64,000 bases of DNA from contig CAVZCZ010000009.1 of assembly GCA_963773935.1 (NCBI GenBank), positions 50,442-114,441 of the forward strand, given 5' to 3'. The notes beneath the pieces were generated by a model. That model saw nothing but the letters and a program-made list of their open reading frames with translations, had not been told where the DNA came from and searched no databases. A program made the position numbers and the translations under genes. Position 1 is the first letter of the stretch, and each line of letters starts with the position of its first letter. Positions 1 to 10,103 of the stretch are shown piece by piece. The DNA is from an uncultured Actinomycetota bacterium (GTDB lineage Bacteria > Actinomycetota > Actinomycetes > Mycobacteriales > Micromonosporaceae).

Positions 1-212
1 GACCGGAGCTGCCGGAAGCCGGCCAGATACATTTCGCGCACGAGGCCGGCGCGGTCGCCGAACAGCTCGTAAACGGCCGGAATCGAGGTCTCCGCCGCCT
101 CGGCGACGCGGCGCGTCGTGAACCCGGCGACGCCATCGGCGGCGAGCAGCGCGACCGCGGTCCGGACTACACGATCACGGAGTTCGGGCGTGCGCTGCTT
201 GGGCCTTGGCAA
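1..212 (-). CDS. TetR/AcrR-family transcriptional regulator, N-terminal part (gene continues beyond left edge)
   Basis: Not in the ORF track because it is truncated. Minus-strand translation from TTG (210-212) gives LPRPKQRTPELRDRVVRTAVALLAADGVAGFTTRRVAEAAETSIPAVYELFGDRAGLVREMYLAGFRQLR, a typical TetR HTH. It begins just after the stop (216-218) of the crotonase gene. Confidence 0.7.
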   Translation of the reverse strand, partial: MPRPKQRTPELRDRVVRTAVALLAADGVAGFTTRRVAEAAETSIPAVYELFGDRAGLVREMYLAGFRQLR

Positions 213-215
213 GGT

Positions 216-971
216 CTAGCCGTGCTCGCGACGGCCGGCAGTGGTTGGCCGTACCGGTACGGCGGCGCGTGGACGGTCCAGTCCGTCGATCAGCGCCCGG
301 TCCGATGCGAGCGCAGCTGCCAGAAGGTCCAGAGTGGACCGTCGAACGGTGAGCTTCGTGGCGGCGTGGGCGGCCAGGTCGAGGCTGGTCAGGGTCCGGG
401 CAAGCTCCTGCGCCTCGCCGAGGACGGACTCCGGCGCCACGACGCGGTCGAGGTAGCCGTTCTCGACGGCAATGTCGGGCGTGGACACCTCGGCCAGCGT
501 CGACCGCGCAGTTGAGCGCCGACGGCGTGAGCCGGTTACGGAGAATCGCGATCGCGACTTCGGGTACGGGAAATCCGATCGCGACCTCATTGGCGGTGAA
601 CTTGAACGTACCGGCCGCGCCGATGCGGTAGTCGCAGGCGCAGAGCAGGAACGCGCCCATCGCGATGGCGTGTCCCGTGCACGCGGCCACAACGGGAACG
701 GGAAGGAGAGCACCCGGGCCGCCAGCGCGAAGCCGCCCCTTCCCATCGCCACGCCGTCCGGTCCACCGGCACGCAGGGTGCCCAGGTCGAACCCGGCGGA
801 GAAGACACCTGTCCGTCCAGCGAGCACCACCGCGGCGCGGTCGGCCTCCGCCCGATCCAACGCTTCGTGGATCGCCGCCAACATTCGCAGCGACAACACG
901 TTGACCTTGCCGTCGTCCATGACGACCGTGGCGACGCCATCCGCCACGTCGTAGGTGACCAGATTGCCCAT
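216..971 (-). pseudogene. enoyl-CoA hydratase/isomerase (crotonase) family, two compensating frame switches
   Basis: ATG at 969-971. N-terminal part MGNLVTYDVADGVATVVMDDGKVNVLS...GVFSAGFDLG is in the frame of ORF 216..1334. The middle part PVPVVAACTGHAIAMGAFLLCACDYRIGAAGTFKFTANEVAIGFPVP is in the frame of ORF 175..984. The C-terminal part AEVSTPDIAVENGYLDRVVAPESVLGEAQELAR returns to the first frame. Switches are near 700 and 505. Confidence 0.75.
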
Positions 972-1501
972 GCCTCGGACCCAATCAGAACATCGTTCCG
1001 AAATCAAGCTCCGAATCTGCGCAGGGTGGATGAGTGACAGACGGCCGAGTGCGCGATGCGCTGCCGGGTTGCCGCTGCTAACCTGCGGAGTACCGTCCGA
1101 CGAACGGATCGAGCGGACAGTGCCTGGGGCGGAGTCCGATGGTCTCGACTGGCGGGAGGCATCGGTGGTGTTTGACGGCAGGCGGGACGCCAGCGGTGCC
1201 GGCAACGACGACGTCATCGAGCTGCGACCCGCGACACCACGTTGGACGTGATCGAGACGGGCGGAACCCGGCGTCGCCCGGCGAACATGCTGAGCATCCT
1301 CCAACATCATCCGATTCGCACGCGCACTCTCCACTCTGGCCGCGATTTCGTTCGTTGTAGCAGCGATCCAGCTCGGCCCGCGGGCGAACCCGTCGCCTGA
1401 GGCTGGAGCTTCGCCGTCGCCTTCGGCGACGCACTCGGCGTCGACGGTCGGCCGATCGTCCCCAACAGCGAGGCTGGTCCGTCGGTCACGAGCTGAGCGT
1501 C

Positions 1502-2315
1502 GTGGATCCGCCGCCCGTGGACGTCGTTATTGCGACTGAACTTCGTACGGCCAGCGGCGTGCGGATCGATCTATCCTGGGCCGGCCAGTATCCATTTGTG
1601 GTGGCGGTGAGCGGGGGCTGGCTTGTCCATGGCAGCCGCAGCCTGTGGTACCTCGACCGGTCCGGGGAAGCCCAGCCGCTGCTCTGGCAGATCGACTTCG
1701 CCATCGTCGGCCGTCAGGGTTGGGTGGCCTGGCAGCGTGACGGTCGGATCGGTGCGGCTCGACTGGACCAAGGCCGTCTGGTGGACCGACGCGAGGTGGA
1801 ATCCAATGGATACTTCCCGTCGTTGATCATCGGCGGGGCGGTCGTGCTGGTGTCGAACACGGAGTCGCGGGGCGCCAGAGGCATATGACCTGTGGCGGCC
1901 GCAGCGAGGTGCCTTCGAGCCGCGTCGTCGAGAGCTGACCGCCAAGCCTTTTGGCCTCAACCATGCCGGCACCGCCCTGCTCGGCGTCGAGCCGGCTGAC
2001 AACGGCCAGGGATGTCTCGTGGAGATGAACCCGGAAAGCTTTGCGGTTACCCGCCGCGCTTGTGTTCTTCCGTCGGCGGGCACCGGCCCCTACACGATCT
2101 CACCAGACGGTCACTGGCTGCTGTTGAATCTGGACCACGGTCGCCCCAAGGGTCCATCGGTTCGGATCGATCTCAATACGGTCTTCGCTGGGTCGGCACC
2201 GGCCGAGGTGTTCCGTTCGTCGGAAGAGATCGGGTTCTGGGGCGTGGTCTGGGTCAATTCCTCGACGTTCGTCGCCGCATGGGAAGGTGTTCTCCGAAGC
2301 GTCGATCATCAATAG
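1502..2315 (+). pseudogene. hypothetical protein (possibly beta-propeller-like), apparent frame switch near 1885
   Basis: ORF 1502..1888 and ORF 2019..2315 have similar composition. The second frame is open upstream back to about 1890 (DLWRPQRGAFEPRRRELTAKPFGLNHAGTALLGVEPADNGQGCLVEMNPE). No motif recognised. The true start may lie further upstream (ATG 1288 in another frame). Confidence 0.3.
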
Positions 2316-2424
2316 CCCCAACATCATTGTCGAGATACCACTCACCGATGTGCCGCGCGACGATCCCGGCGGAAATTCCGCGTACATCACCCCCGTCGTA
2401 AACCCGCCGTGGGGTAAGCAACGG

Positions 2425-2747
2425 TCATGACTGCGTCTGTTCAGCCACCCAGCGAAGGTAGGCAGGGTTGCCGTCGACCACGGGCAGGCACAGGACCTCG
2501 GGCACGTCGTACGAGTGGTTGGACCGGATGTGCTCGGCCAGATGCGGGATAGCGCGGCGTCGTGGTCTTGAAGATGACCTGCCACTCTTCGGCGGTCTCG
2601 ATGGCACCCTGCCACCAGTACGTGCTCGCCACGGGACCGAGTGATCTGGGCGCAGGCCGCGAGCTTCTGCTCCACCACACTCCGGACGAGCAAGTCGGCG
2701 GCCGAGCGCTCGCCCACCGTGGTCATGACCTGGCAGACCTCATCCAT
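2425..2747 (-). pseudogene. cutA: divalent-cation tolerance protein CutA, split over three frames
   Basis: MDEVCQVMTTVGERSAADLLVRSVVEQKLAACAQIT (ORF 2100..2747), then GPVASTYWWQGAIETAEEWQVIFKTTTPRYPA (ORF 2441..2680), then LAEHIRSNHSYDVPEVLCLPVVDGNPAYLRWVAEQTQS (ORF 2425..2607). Joined, these make a ~107-aa CutA. Switches are near 2640 and 2543. Confidence 0.75.
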
Positions 2748-2756
2748 GGTTCACTC

Positions 2757-3410
2757 CTACCGCGCGAGTCCGGACTGGACCGCGAACACGACGAGTTGGG
2801 CCCGATCGCGGGCTCCGAGCTTGAGCATGGCCCGGCTGACGTGCGTGCGCACGGTGGCCGGGCTGACCACGAGCTCGGCCGCGATCTCGTCGTTGGAGCG
2901 GCCGGTGGCGACCCAGGTCATGATCTCCCGTTCCCGTTCGGTCAGCTGGTTCAGCTGTGGATGTGGCACGGCAGGTCCGGTCGCCGGGCTGGCGAAATGG
3001 TCGATGACCCGCCGGGTGACCGATGGCGAGAGGAGAGAACCGCCAGCGGCGACGACCTGAATCGCGCGGATCAGCTCGTCCGGCTCGGCGTCCTTGAGCA
3101 CGAACCCGCTCGCCCCCGCGCGCAGCGCGGCGAAGACGTACTCGTCAAGCTCGAAGGTGGTCAGCATCACGACCCGTACGTCGGCGAGCGCCGGGTCGGC
3201 GCCGATCTCGGCGAGCGCGGCCAGACCGTCCATTGTGGGCATACGGACGTCCATCAGCACAACATCGGGCTGCTCGCGACGGATGATGTTGAGACCAGCG
3301 CGGCCATCGGCGGCTTCACCGACGAGGTGCATGTCGCCCTCGGCGTCGAGAAGGGTGCGGAAACCCATCCGCACCAACGCTTGGTCGTCGACGACCACGA
3401 CCCGGATCAC
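2757..3410 (-). CDS. NarL/FixJ (LuxR-type) response regulator
   Basis: Intact 217-aa ORF. Receiver motif VVVVDDQALVR...DVVLMDVRMPTMDG and C-terminal LuxR HTH LTEREREIMTWVATGRSNDEIAAELVVSPATVRTHVSRAMLKLG. Start overlaps the kinase stop (3407-3410). Confidence 0.9.
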   Translation of the reverse strand: MIRVVVVDDQALVRMGFRTLLDAEGDMHLVGEAADGRAGLNIIRREQPDVVLMDVRMPTMDGLAALAEIGADPALADVRVVMLTTFELDEYVFAALRAGASGFVLKDAEPDELIRAIQVVAAGGSLLSPSVTRRVIDHFASPATGPAVPHPQLNQLTEREREIMTWVATGRSNDEIAAELVVSPATVRTHVSRAMLKLGARDRAQLVVFAVQSGLAR

Positions 3411-4492
3411 GGTTCATCCCCACGGGAGGGGCCCACCGACAACGGGAGGCGGGCGCGGATCGCGAAGCCGCCACCATCAAGCGGCGCGGCATCGAGCGTG
3501 CCCCCGAGCTCTTCGGCCCGGGTCCGCATGCCATCGATACCCCGGCCGGCGGTGTCGTGCGGGATCGCTCCGCCCCTTCCGGTGTCGGTGACCTCGACCC
3601 GAAGCTCGCCGCCATGGCGCGCAATGTCGACCCGGGCGGTCGCCTCCGCTCCGGCATGACGCAGGACGTTCGTGAGGGATTCCTGCACGATGCGGTAAGC
3701 CGCCCGGTCCACCTCGGTGGGGAGCGCCGAGGTGTCCGGGATGGCCTCGATGGTCACCGGGAGCCCACTGGAGCGGATCCGTTCCACGAGCGCGGGAAGG
3801 TCGGCGACGCCGGAGGCGGGGCGCAGCGGGGCGTCCCGGCGTAGCGCCTCGATCTCGGCCCGAAGGCCGCCAAGGGCCTCCTTGCTGGCGGCCCGGATGC
3901 CTTCGAGCGCCGACCGGGCCGCCGCCGGATCCTGGTCGAGCACCCGCAGGGCGACGCCGGCCTGCATGGCGATGACGGCGAAGCCGTGGCCGGCGACGTC
4001 GTGGACCTCCTGAGCGAGGCGCAACCGTTCCTCGGACACCGCTCGGCTCGCCTGCTCGCGGCGAACCTCGGCTGTGGCATCGCGCCGAACGTTGATGGTG
4101 ATCCCGACGGCGGCCGGGATCACCAGCCAGGCGGCCATGCTGATGAACTCGGTCGCGTCGCGGGTTCCGGCAATGACGCCCGCACCGATGACCAGCCCGT
4201 TCGCCGCGACGAGAGCGCCGACCGCGATCAGCGCCCGTCGGACCGCGGTCCGCAGCGCGGCGCCGAAGACGGCCAACGCCACGGCGAACAGGATCGGACC
4301 GTACGCGTACCCCAGCCCGAGGTAGACCAGGGTCACCGTACCCGTGGACACGAGCGTCCACAGTGGTCGAACACGCCAAAACACGACCGGCAGGCACGCG
4401 GCGACCATCAGCACGTACGCCAGCGGAGGCGCGGTCAGGTTCTGGTTCGCGGCCGCCGGCCCGGTACCGAAGAACCCGGCGAGGAGCAGCAC
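3407..4492 (-). CDS. sensor histidine kinase (HisKA_3/NarX-DesK type)
   Basis: 361-aa ORF with N-terminal TM helices, H-box LAQEVHDVAGHGFAVIAMQAG and an ATPase domain (VTDTGRGG...GRGIDGMRTRAEELGG). A possible N-terminal extension to ATG 4545-4547 (MVEQRRRRVTGTD..) would need a frame switch near 4505. Confidence 0.85.
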   Translation of the reverse strand: MLLLAGFFGTGPAAANQNLTAPPLAYVLMVAACLPVVFWRVRPLWTLVSTGTVTLVYLGLGYAYGPILFAVALAVFGAALRTAVRRALIAVGALVAANGLVIGAGVIAGTRDATEFISMAAWLVIPAAVGITINVRRDATAEVRREQASRAVSEERLRLAQEVHDVAGHGFAVIAMQAGVALRVLDQDPAAARSALEGIRAASKEALGGLRAEIEALRRDAPLRPASGVADLPALVERIRSSGLPVTIEAIPDTSALPTEVDRAAYRIVQESLTNVLRHAGAEATARVDIARHGGELRVEVTDTGRGGAIPHDTAGRGIDGMRTRAEELGGTLDAAPLDGGGFAIRARLPLSVGPSRGDEP

Positions 4493-4680
4493 GGCGGTCA
4501 GCAGATACGTCGGTCCCGGTCACCCGCCGGCGTCGCTGCTCGACCATGCCCCCGACGATAGGCGAACGCCACAGATCCGTCGTCAGCACCGTGACGTAGC
4601 CGCCGTACGCGCAGCTGCGTAGCCGCGATGCCGCTCCTGAACGGACGCCACGATGGCCTGGCCAGAGCAGGCTGAAGCGC

Positions 4681-5620
4681 ATGACTGAAGACATCGTGGT
4701 CACGAAAGGGCTCACCAAGCGCTACGGGGACAGGGTCGCCGTCGACGCGGTGAACCTCACCGTACGGCGGGGCGAGATCTACGGCTTCCTCGGTCCGAAC
4801 GGCGCCGGCAAGACCACCACGCTGCGAATGCTGCTCGGGCTGGTTCGGCCGACGAGTGGCGCGGCGAGGGTGCTCGGCTACGCGCCGGGATCGCCGGCCG
4901 GCCTGCGTCAGATCGGTTCCCTCATCGAGGGGCCGGGGTTCTATCCGTACCTGTCCGGGCGGGAGAACCTGCGCGTGCTCGCGCGCTACGCCTCACTCGG
5001 CGACGTGGCCGTCGGCGGCCGCGCTGGAACAGGTGGACCTCGCTGACCGGGCGGACGACCGGTACCGGTCCTATTCACTGGGCATGAAGCAGCGGCTGGG
5101 CGTCGCGGCGGCGCTGTTGGGTGACCCGGCACTGCTGATACTCGACGAGCCGACCAACGGGCTGGACCCGGCCGGCATGGCCGACATGCGAGACCTCATC
5201 CGGAGCCTGGCCGGCCGCGGCCAGACCGTGATGCTGTCGAGCCATCTCCTCGCTGAGGTCGAACAGATCTGCGACCGGGTCGGGGTCATCGCCGACGGAC
5301 GGCTGGTGGTGCAGAGTTCGGTGACGGATCTGCGTGGGCACGCCACCCTGTCCGTGCGCGCCGAGCCGCTGTCCAAGGCGGCGGCGGTCGCTGAGCACAT
5401 GGTTGGCGTAGGTCGGGTGTCGACTGTGGACGGAGCGCTGCATCTGGAGATCGGACTGGATCGGGCACCCGAGCTGGTACGGGCACTCGTGCTCGCCGAG
5501 GTCGACGTGCACGAGGTGCACCCGCAGGAGCGGACCCTCGAGGACGCGTTCTTCGCCCTGACCAGTGTCGATGTCCAGAAGTCTGGTCAGGAACCACGCC
5601 GTGAGGAGGCACTGTCATGA
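4681..5620 (+). pseudogene. ABC transporter ATP-binding protein (ABC-2/DrrA-like), one frame switch near 5010
   Basis: Walker [11 protein letters not shown] is in ORF 4681..5046. The signature YSLGMKQRLGVAAALLG, Walker B LLILDEPTNGLD and H-loop are in ORF 4856..5620. The junction lies between ..ARYASLGD and [13 protein letters not shown]. Confidence 0.85.
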
Positions 5621-6468
5621 GGGCGGTCGTGCAGGCTGAACTTCGCCGGATCGGCCGGTGGCCAGCGATCTGGGTGCTGTGCGGGAGCTGGGTCGTGCTC
5701 AACCTGACGTTCGGGTACGTGTTCACCTACCTGAGCTTCCGCAGTGAGGACGGCTCCGGGTTCGCCGGCGGTGGCAGCTTGGCCGTCCTGCTCGCTCAGA
5801 TGATGCCCGCCCAGGCGCCCATCACTCTCGTGCAGGGGATGCCCATGTTCGGCGGCGCGTTGCTGATGATTCTCGGTGCGTTGACGGTGGGGAACGGCTA
5901 CGGCTGGGGGACGTGGAAGACGGTCTTCACCACCGGGCCCAGCCGGATGACCGCCCTTGGCGGCACACTGCTGGCGATCGGCACCATTGTGGCCGGCCTC
6001 ATCGTGGTGACGCTCGGTCTCGACCTCGCCGCGTCGTTCCTGGTCGCGGCGGTGGAGCAGCAGCCGGTGGCCTCGCCTACCGTCACGGCCCTGGCCCAGG
6101 GCTACGGCTCGGCGTTGCTCATCGGTGGTATGTGGACGGCGGCTGGTGTGCTGCTCGGCACGCTCGCCCGAGGACCGGCGCTCGCGGTCGGGCTCGGTCT
6201 GGTCTGGTCGCTGGTCGTGGAGAACCTGCTCCGTGGCGTCGCGGTGCTGCTGGGTCCGCTCCAGGTCATCTCGGACGTCCTGCCCGGCACGGCAGCCGGG
6301 TCACTCGCTGGCGCGGTCGGGGCCGCGCCACCGAGCGATCCCAACGGCACACCTGGTGTCAACACGATCCTCGGCGGCACAGGGGCGACGGTTCTGCTTG
6401 TCGGCTACCTCCTTGCGTTCGCGATCGTCAGCCTGGGGCTCACCGCCCGTCGCGACATCGCCAGCTGA
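5617..6468 (+). CDS. ABC-2 type transporter permease
   Basis: Intact 283-aa, multi-TM, Gly/Ala/Leu-rich ORF. ATGA overlap with the upstream ATPase gene (5617-5620). Confidence 0.75.
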   Translation: MRAVVQAELRRIGRWPAIWVLCGSWVVLNLTFGYVFTYLSFRSEDGSGFAGGGSLAVLLAQMMPAQAPITLVQGMPMFGGALLMILGALTVGNGYGWGTWKTVFTTGPSRMTALGGTLLAIGTIVAGLIVVTLGLDLAASFLVAAVEQQPVASPTVTALAQGYGSALLIGGMWTAAGVLLGTLARGPALAVGLGLVWSLVVENLLRGVAVLLGPLQVISDVLPGTAAGSLAGAVGAAPPSDPNGTPGVNTILGGTGATVLLVGYLLAFAIVSLGLTARRDIAS

Positions 6469-6491
6469 GCGAGGACTGTAGTCTTCGCGAC

Positions 6492-7193
6492 GTGGGTCCC
6501 CTGGCGTTGGTCGGTTCCGGCGAGTACACCCCTGCGATGCTCGAGGTCGAGGGTGGCCTGCTCGAGGGCAGGCCGCCCCGGTATGTGCAGATCCCGACCG
6601 CGGCCAGCGCCGAGGGCGAGGACCGGCTTGCGTACTGGGTCGAGCTCGGCCGGGCCCAGGCGGCCCGGCTCGGCGTGACGGCGGTGCCGCTGCGGGTGAC
6701 CACCCGCGCCGAAGCCGAGGATCCCGCGATCGTCTCGCAGGTGGCCGGTGCCGGGCTCATCTACATGTCCGGCGGCAGCCCATCCCTGCTCGCGGCGACG
6801 CTGCGCGATACTCCACTGTGGCGGGCCATCGTCGAGGCATGGGAGAGCGGTGCCGCCCTCGCCGGGTGCAGCGCCGGGGCGATGGCGATGGCCGACCACG
6901 TGCCGGAGCTGCGCCGCCCGGCCAAGGGCGGTCAGGCGGGACTGGGTCTGCTGCCTCACATCCGGGTACTGCCGCATTTCGACCGGATGGCGGGCTGGAT
7001 CCCGGACGTGATGACCCGACCGTTCTTCCGCGGCCTGGACGGAGTGCACGTGGTCGGCATCGATGAGGACACCGCGATCGTCGGCGGACCGGAGGAGTTC
7101 ACCGTCCACGGTCGACAGTCAGCCTGGCTACTCAGCGACGGCAAGCGGCGCGAGTTCCCCGCCGGCTCAAAGCTCCTGCTGTCGAAGAGCTGA
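6492..7193 (+). CDS. peptidase S51 (peptidase E/cyanophycinase-like) family protein
   Basis: C-terminal part of ORF 5913..7193, starting at GTG 6492. Motifs LIYMSGGSPSLL and GCSAGAMAM are typical of S51 serine peptidases. The upstream part of the ORF overlaps the permease gene and is Arg-rich noise. Confidence 0.65.
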   Translation: MGPLALVGSGEYTPAMLEVEGGLLEGRPPRYVQIPTAASAEGEDRLAYWVELGRAQAARLGVTAVPLRVTTRAEAEDPAIVSQVAGAGLIYMSGGSPSLLAATLRDTPLWRAIVEAWESGAALAGCSAGAMAMADHVPELRRPAKGGQAGLGLLPHIRVLPHFDRMAGWIPDVMTRPFFRGLDGVHVVGIDEDTAIVGGPEEFTVHGRQSAWLLSDGKRREFPAGSKLLLSKS

Positions 7194-7289
7194 GGACCGG
7201 GACCCTTCTCCGCGCAGTCGAAATGCGGCTGTCGTTGATCCGACGCCCCGTAGTCGTTGGGGTTCGCGTCGTTGGCGACTCACCTGAGC

Positions 7290-7694
7290 ATGAGAACTCT
7301 TCGATATGCAGTCGCCCTGCTGCTCGCGGCCACCGCGGCCACCGCGGGTACCGCAGCACACGCAGGGCCGCCCGCCGAGTCATTCGACGCCGCGCTTGCG
7401 GCGTCGTTCCGAGTCTGTGTCCAGGACTCAGAGCGCACCATGGGCCGCTACGTGCAGCTCGACCCATCGGCGGTCTACGAATGCCTGGGTCGTCGCGGAT
7501 TCACGGCGGTCGCCCACTCCCCTGCAGGCAACAACAATCTGACAAGCCGCACGCCTGAGCCAACACGGTTCGAGATCGACCTGTTCTCCACGTTCACCAG
7601 TTGCCTATCCGAGGCCGCCCACCACGACAGCATGTACCCCGGCATCGACCCGGCTGAGGTGAACAGCTGCCTGGACGCCCACGGCGTCTGGTGA
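7290..7694 (+). CDS. secreted hypothetical protein (signal peptide, 4 Cys)
   Basis: ATG 7290 gives MRTLRYAVALLLAATAATAGTAAHA, a Sec signal peptide. No recognisable domain. Confidence 0.5.
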   Translation: MRTLRYAVALLLAATAATAGTAAHAGPPAESFDAALAASFRVCVQDSERTMGRYVQLDPSAVYECLGRRGFTAVAHSPAGNNNLTSRTPEPTRFEIDLFSTFTSCLSEAAHHDSMYPGIDPAEVNSCLDAHGVW

Positions 7695-7702
7695 ACCTAA
7701 GG

Positions 7703-7731
7703 CGGGGGCGGCGACAGGTGCGCCGCCCCCG
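7703..7731. terminator. GC-rich hairpin between convergent genes (likely bidirectional intrinsic terminator)
   Basis: cgggggcggcg-acaggtg-cgccgcccccg: an 11-bp perfect stem with a 7-nt loop, 9 nt after the stop at 7694 and 29 nt from the FKBP gene stop at 7760. Confidence 0.5.
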
Positions 7732-7759
7732 GCAGCGCAGCCACGTCGGTGAGAGCTTG

Positions 7760-8134
7760 TCAGCGCACGCCGAGCAGGTCCACCACGAAGACGAGCGTCT
7801 CGCCGGGCTTGATTGCCCCGCCCGCTCCCCGGTCCCCGTACGCGAGCCGCGCGGGGATCGTCAGCTGCCGGCGGCCGCCGACCCGCATACCGGCGACCCC
7901 CTGGTCCCAGCCGGCGATGACCTCACGGGCACCCAGCCGGAAGTCGAACGGTGAATTGCGGTTCCACGACGAGTCGAACTCCTTGCCGGATGAGAACGAG
8001 ACGCCGACATAGTGCACCACGACCGTCTGCCCGGGCTGGGCCTGATCGCCATCACCGACCGTGATATCGACGATCTCCAGATCGGCAGGCGCCTCGCCCG
8101 TTGGCTGCTCTACCACCGGCTTGCTCAGTGTCAT
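7760..8134 (-). CDS. FKBP-type peptidyl-prolyl cis-trans isomerase
   Basis: Intact 124 aa: VVVHYVGVSFSSGKEFDSSWNRNSPFDFRLGAREVIAGWDQGVAGMRVGGRRQLTIPARLAYGDRG...LVFVVDLLGV. Confidence 0.9.
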   Translation of the reverse strand: MTLSKPVVEQPTGEAPADLEIVDITVGDGDQAQPGQTVVVHYVGVSFSSGKEFDSSWNRNSPFDFRLGAREVIAGWDQGVAGMRVGGRRQLTIPARLAYGDRGAGGAIKPGETLVFVVDLLGVR

Positions 8135-8240
8135 GGGTTCGATCGTAGTCAGGCGGCCAGGCCGGCTTTACGGCGGTGCGGTTCGCGCGTACGGTCGGCA
8201 TTCCATGCCGGCGCCGAGCTGGCCGTTGAGGTGGTAGTCG

Positions 8241-8891
8241 ATGAATCACGATTTACCCGCTCGGCGACTGACTCCGCCGATCCTGTTGGTGATAGTGGTA
8301 GTTGCGCTGATCCTCACCGGTATCCGGCCGTACGATCGGCTGACCTGGTTCCTCGAGACGTTCTGGGTGATGCTCGGCATCCCGCTCGTCTTGCTGACCT
8401 GGCGCCGGTTTCCGCTGACCACACTGCTCTGTTGCCTGCTCGCGCTGCATGCGCTCGTCCTCATCATGGGCGGCCTCTACACGTACGCCCGGACGCCGTT
8501 GGGGAATTGGATCCAGGATCTGTTCAACCTGTCGCGCAACCCGTACGACCGCATCGGCCACTTCGTCCAGGGCTTCGTGCCGGCGATTCTGGTTCGCGAG
8601 ATCCTGGTTCGGCGCTCGCCGTTGCGGGGGAGCGGCTGGCTCGGCCCGCTGGTGGTGTGCGCCTGCCTCGCCTTCAGCGCGTTCTTCGAAATGATCGAGT
8701 GGTGGGCCGCGGTGGCCGGCGGAGCTGCCGCGGACGACTTCCTGGCCACCCAGGGCGACATCTGGGACACGCAATGGGATCTGTTCCTTGCACTGGTCGG
8801 CGCGATCACATCACTGCTTCTGCTCAGCCGGTGGCACGACCGACAGCTGGCCATCATCGAGGCTCGCGCCACGCCGGTGCCCGTTGCGTGA
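8241..8891 (+). CDS. DUF2238 (YjdF-like) inner-membrane protein
   Basis: Intact 216 aa, multi-TM. NPYDRIGHFVQGFVPAIL and FFEMIEWW motifs as remembered for the DUF2238 family. Confidence 0.65.
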   Translation: MNHDLPARRLTPPILLVIVVVALILTGIRPYDRLTWFLETFWVMLGIPLVLLTWRRFPLTTLLCCLLALHALVLIMGGLYTYARTPLGNWIQDLFNLSRNPYDRIGHFVQGFVPAILVREILVRRSPLRGSGWLGPLVVCACLAFSAFFEMIEWWAAVAGGAAADDFLATQGDIWDTQWDLFLALVGAITSLLLLSRWHDRQLAIIEARATPVPVA

Positions 8892-8903
8892 CAAGGCGTG
8901 CGG

Positions 8904-9410
8904 TCAGATCCAGTACGTGTCGTGGAAGGCCATGAACTCGGCCCGCTCCGTCTCGGATTTGCCGGCCAGGCTCGCCAGGCCCTCGAAGTAACCCTCGCGC
9001 GGCGCGCCGGGTGCGAACAGCAGCAGCATCGAGGCCGGTTCGCCCGACTCGTTGCGGAAACCGTGCACCCCGCCCTCGGGCACGAACATGAAATCGCCCG
9101 GTCCAGCGTCGATCCAGCCGTTCCCGTCGTAGAGCCGCACCGTGCCGGAGAGAACAAAGAACGACTCGGAGATGCTCCGGTGGAAGTGCGGATCGGGACC
9201 GCTGCGTTGACTGTCCATGTCCCAGCGGTAGAGCCCGAACTGCCCGTTGGTGGACGCGCCCGTGGCGAGGTAGCTCGCGCTGCCGGCGCGGTTGAGCAGC
9301 TCCGGTGGTGCGTCCGCGCGACGCACCCGGGCGCTCGTCTGCCCGGTGGCGTCGCTGTATCGGTTTGGTGGGTACCGGTCCAGCGGGAAGAACTCCGACG
9401 GGTAGGACAT
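8904..9410 (-). CDS. cupin domain protein
   Basis: Intact 168 aa: PHFHRSISESFFVLSGTVRLYDG...GDFMFVPEGGVHGFRNESGEPASMLLLF (cupin motifs 1 and 2). Confidence 0.75.
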   Translation of the reverse strand: MSYPSEFFPLDRYPPNRYSDATGQTSARVRRADAPPELLNRAGSASYLATGASTNGQFGLYRWDMDSQRSGPDPHFHRSISESFFVLSGTVRLYDGNGWIDAGPGDFMFVPEGGVHGFRNESGEPASMLLLFAPGAPREGYFEGLASLAGKSETERAEFMAFHDTYWI

Positions 9411-9431
9411 GCGACGGCCTCCTGCGAATGT

Positions 9432-10103
9432 CTAGTTGGTCGATGTGCCGCCGAGCAGATCTTCGAACGACGCGCTGAGCGCGAACGGGTCGACCGGTGG
9501 CGGCGGCTGGTAGCGCTCGATCAGGGTGGCCAACTCCGCAGTCGCCCGGTTGATTCGGGTCTGCAGGCCGGGGTCGGCATAGCGTGGTGCTTCGTCGGCC
9601 ACCGCCTCTTCGTCGGCATCCCCGCCGTCCGAGGTAGCCCAGTCCTCGGGCGCGGCGTACACGGACGTCGGTACGACGTCGGCGCGCAGATACGCGAACA
9701 GCGGCCGTACCGCGTGTTCCAGCGCGAGTGAGTGCCTTGCGGTGCCGCCGGATGCCGCGATCAGCACTGGTTTGTCCACAAGAGACTCATCGGGGAGGCC
9801 GTCGAAGAACGACTTGAACACGCCGGTATAGGACGCCTTGAAGACGGGTGTCACCGCGATCAGTCCGTCCGCCGTGGCGATCGCGTCGATCAGCCGGGCC
9901 AACGTTCCGGACGCGAACCCGGTGAGCAGGAGGTTCGTCACCTCGTGCGCATGCTCGCGTAGCTCCACCATCTCGAGCGCCACATCGGTGCCACGGAGGC
10001 CAAGCTCCTTCTGGGTGGCTGCCGCCAGTCGGTCGGCGAGCAGCCGCGTAGCGGAGGGGTGACGCAGGCCACCGGAGACCACGACCAGGCGACGCTCAGG
10101 CAC
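9432..10103 (-). CDS. NADPH-dependent FMN reductase family protein
   Basis: Intact 223 aa: LVVVSGGLRHPSATRLLADRL...ADGLIAVTPVFKASYTGVFKSFFD. 8-bp overlap with the upstream luciferase-like gene. Confidence 0.8.
   Translation of the reverse strand: MPERRLVVVSGGLRHPSATRLLADRLAAATQKELGLRGTDVALEMVELREHAHEVTNLLLTGFASGTLARLIDAIATADGLIAVTPVFKASYTGVFKSFFDGLPDESLVDKPVLIAASGGTARHSLALEHAVRPLFAYLRADVVPTSVYAAPEDWATSDGGDADEEAVADEAPRYADPGLQTRINRATAELATLIERYQPPPPVDPFALSASFEDLLGGTSTN

Noticed and set aside
3477-4718. 413-aa minus-strand ORF.
   Set aside because: It is an alternative frame of the histidine kinase gene (Arg/Gly/Pro noise). Only its first ~15 codons might belong to the true kinase N-terminus.
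5913-6491. Upstream part of ORF 5913..7193.
   Set aside because: It overlaps the ABC-2 permease gene in another frame and has Arg-rich composition. The S51 peptidase similarity starts only at GTG 6492.
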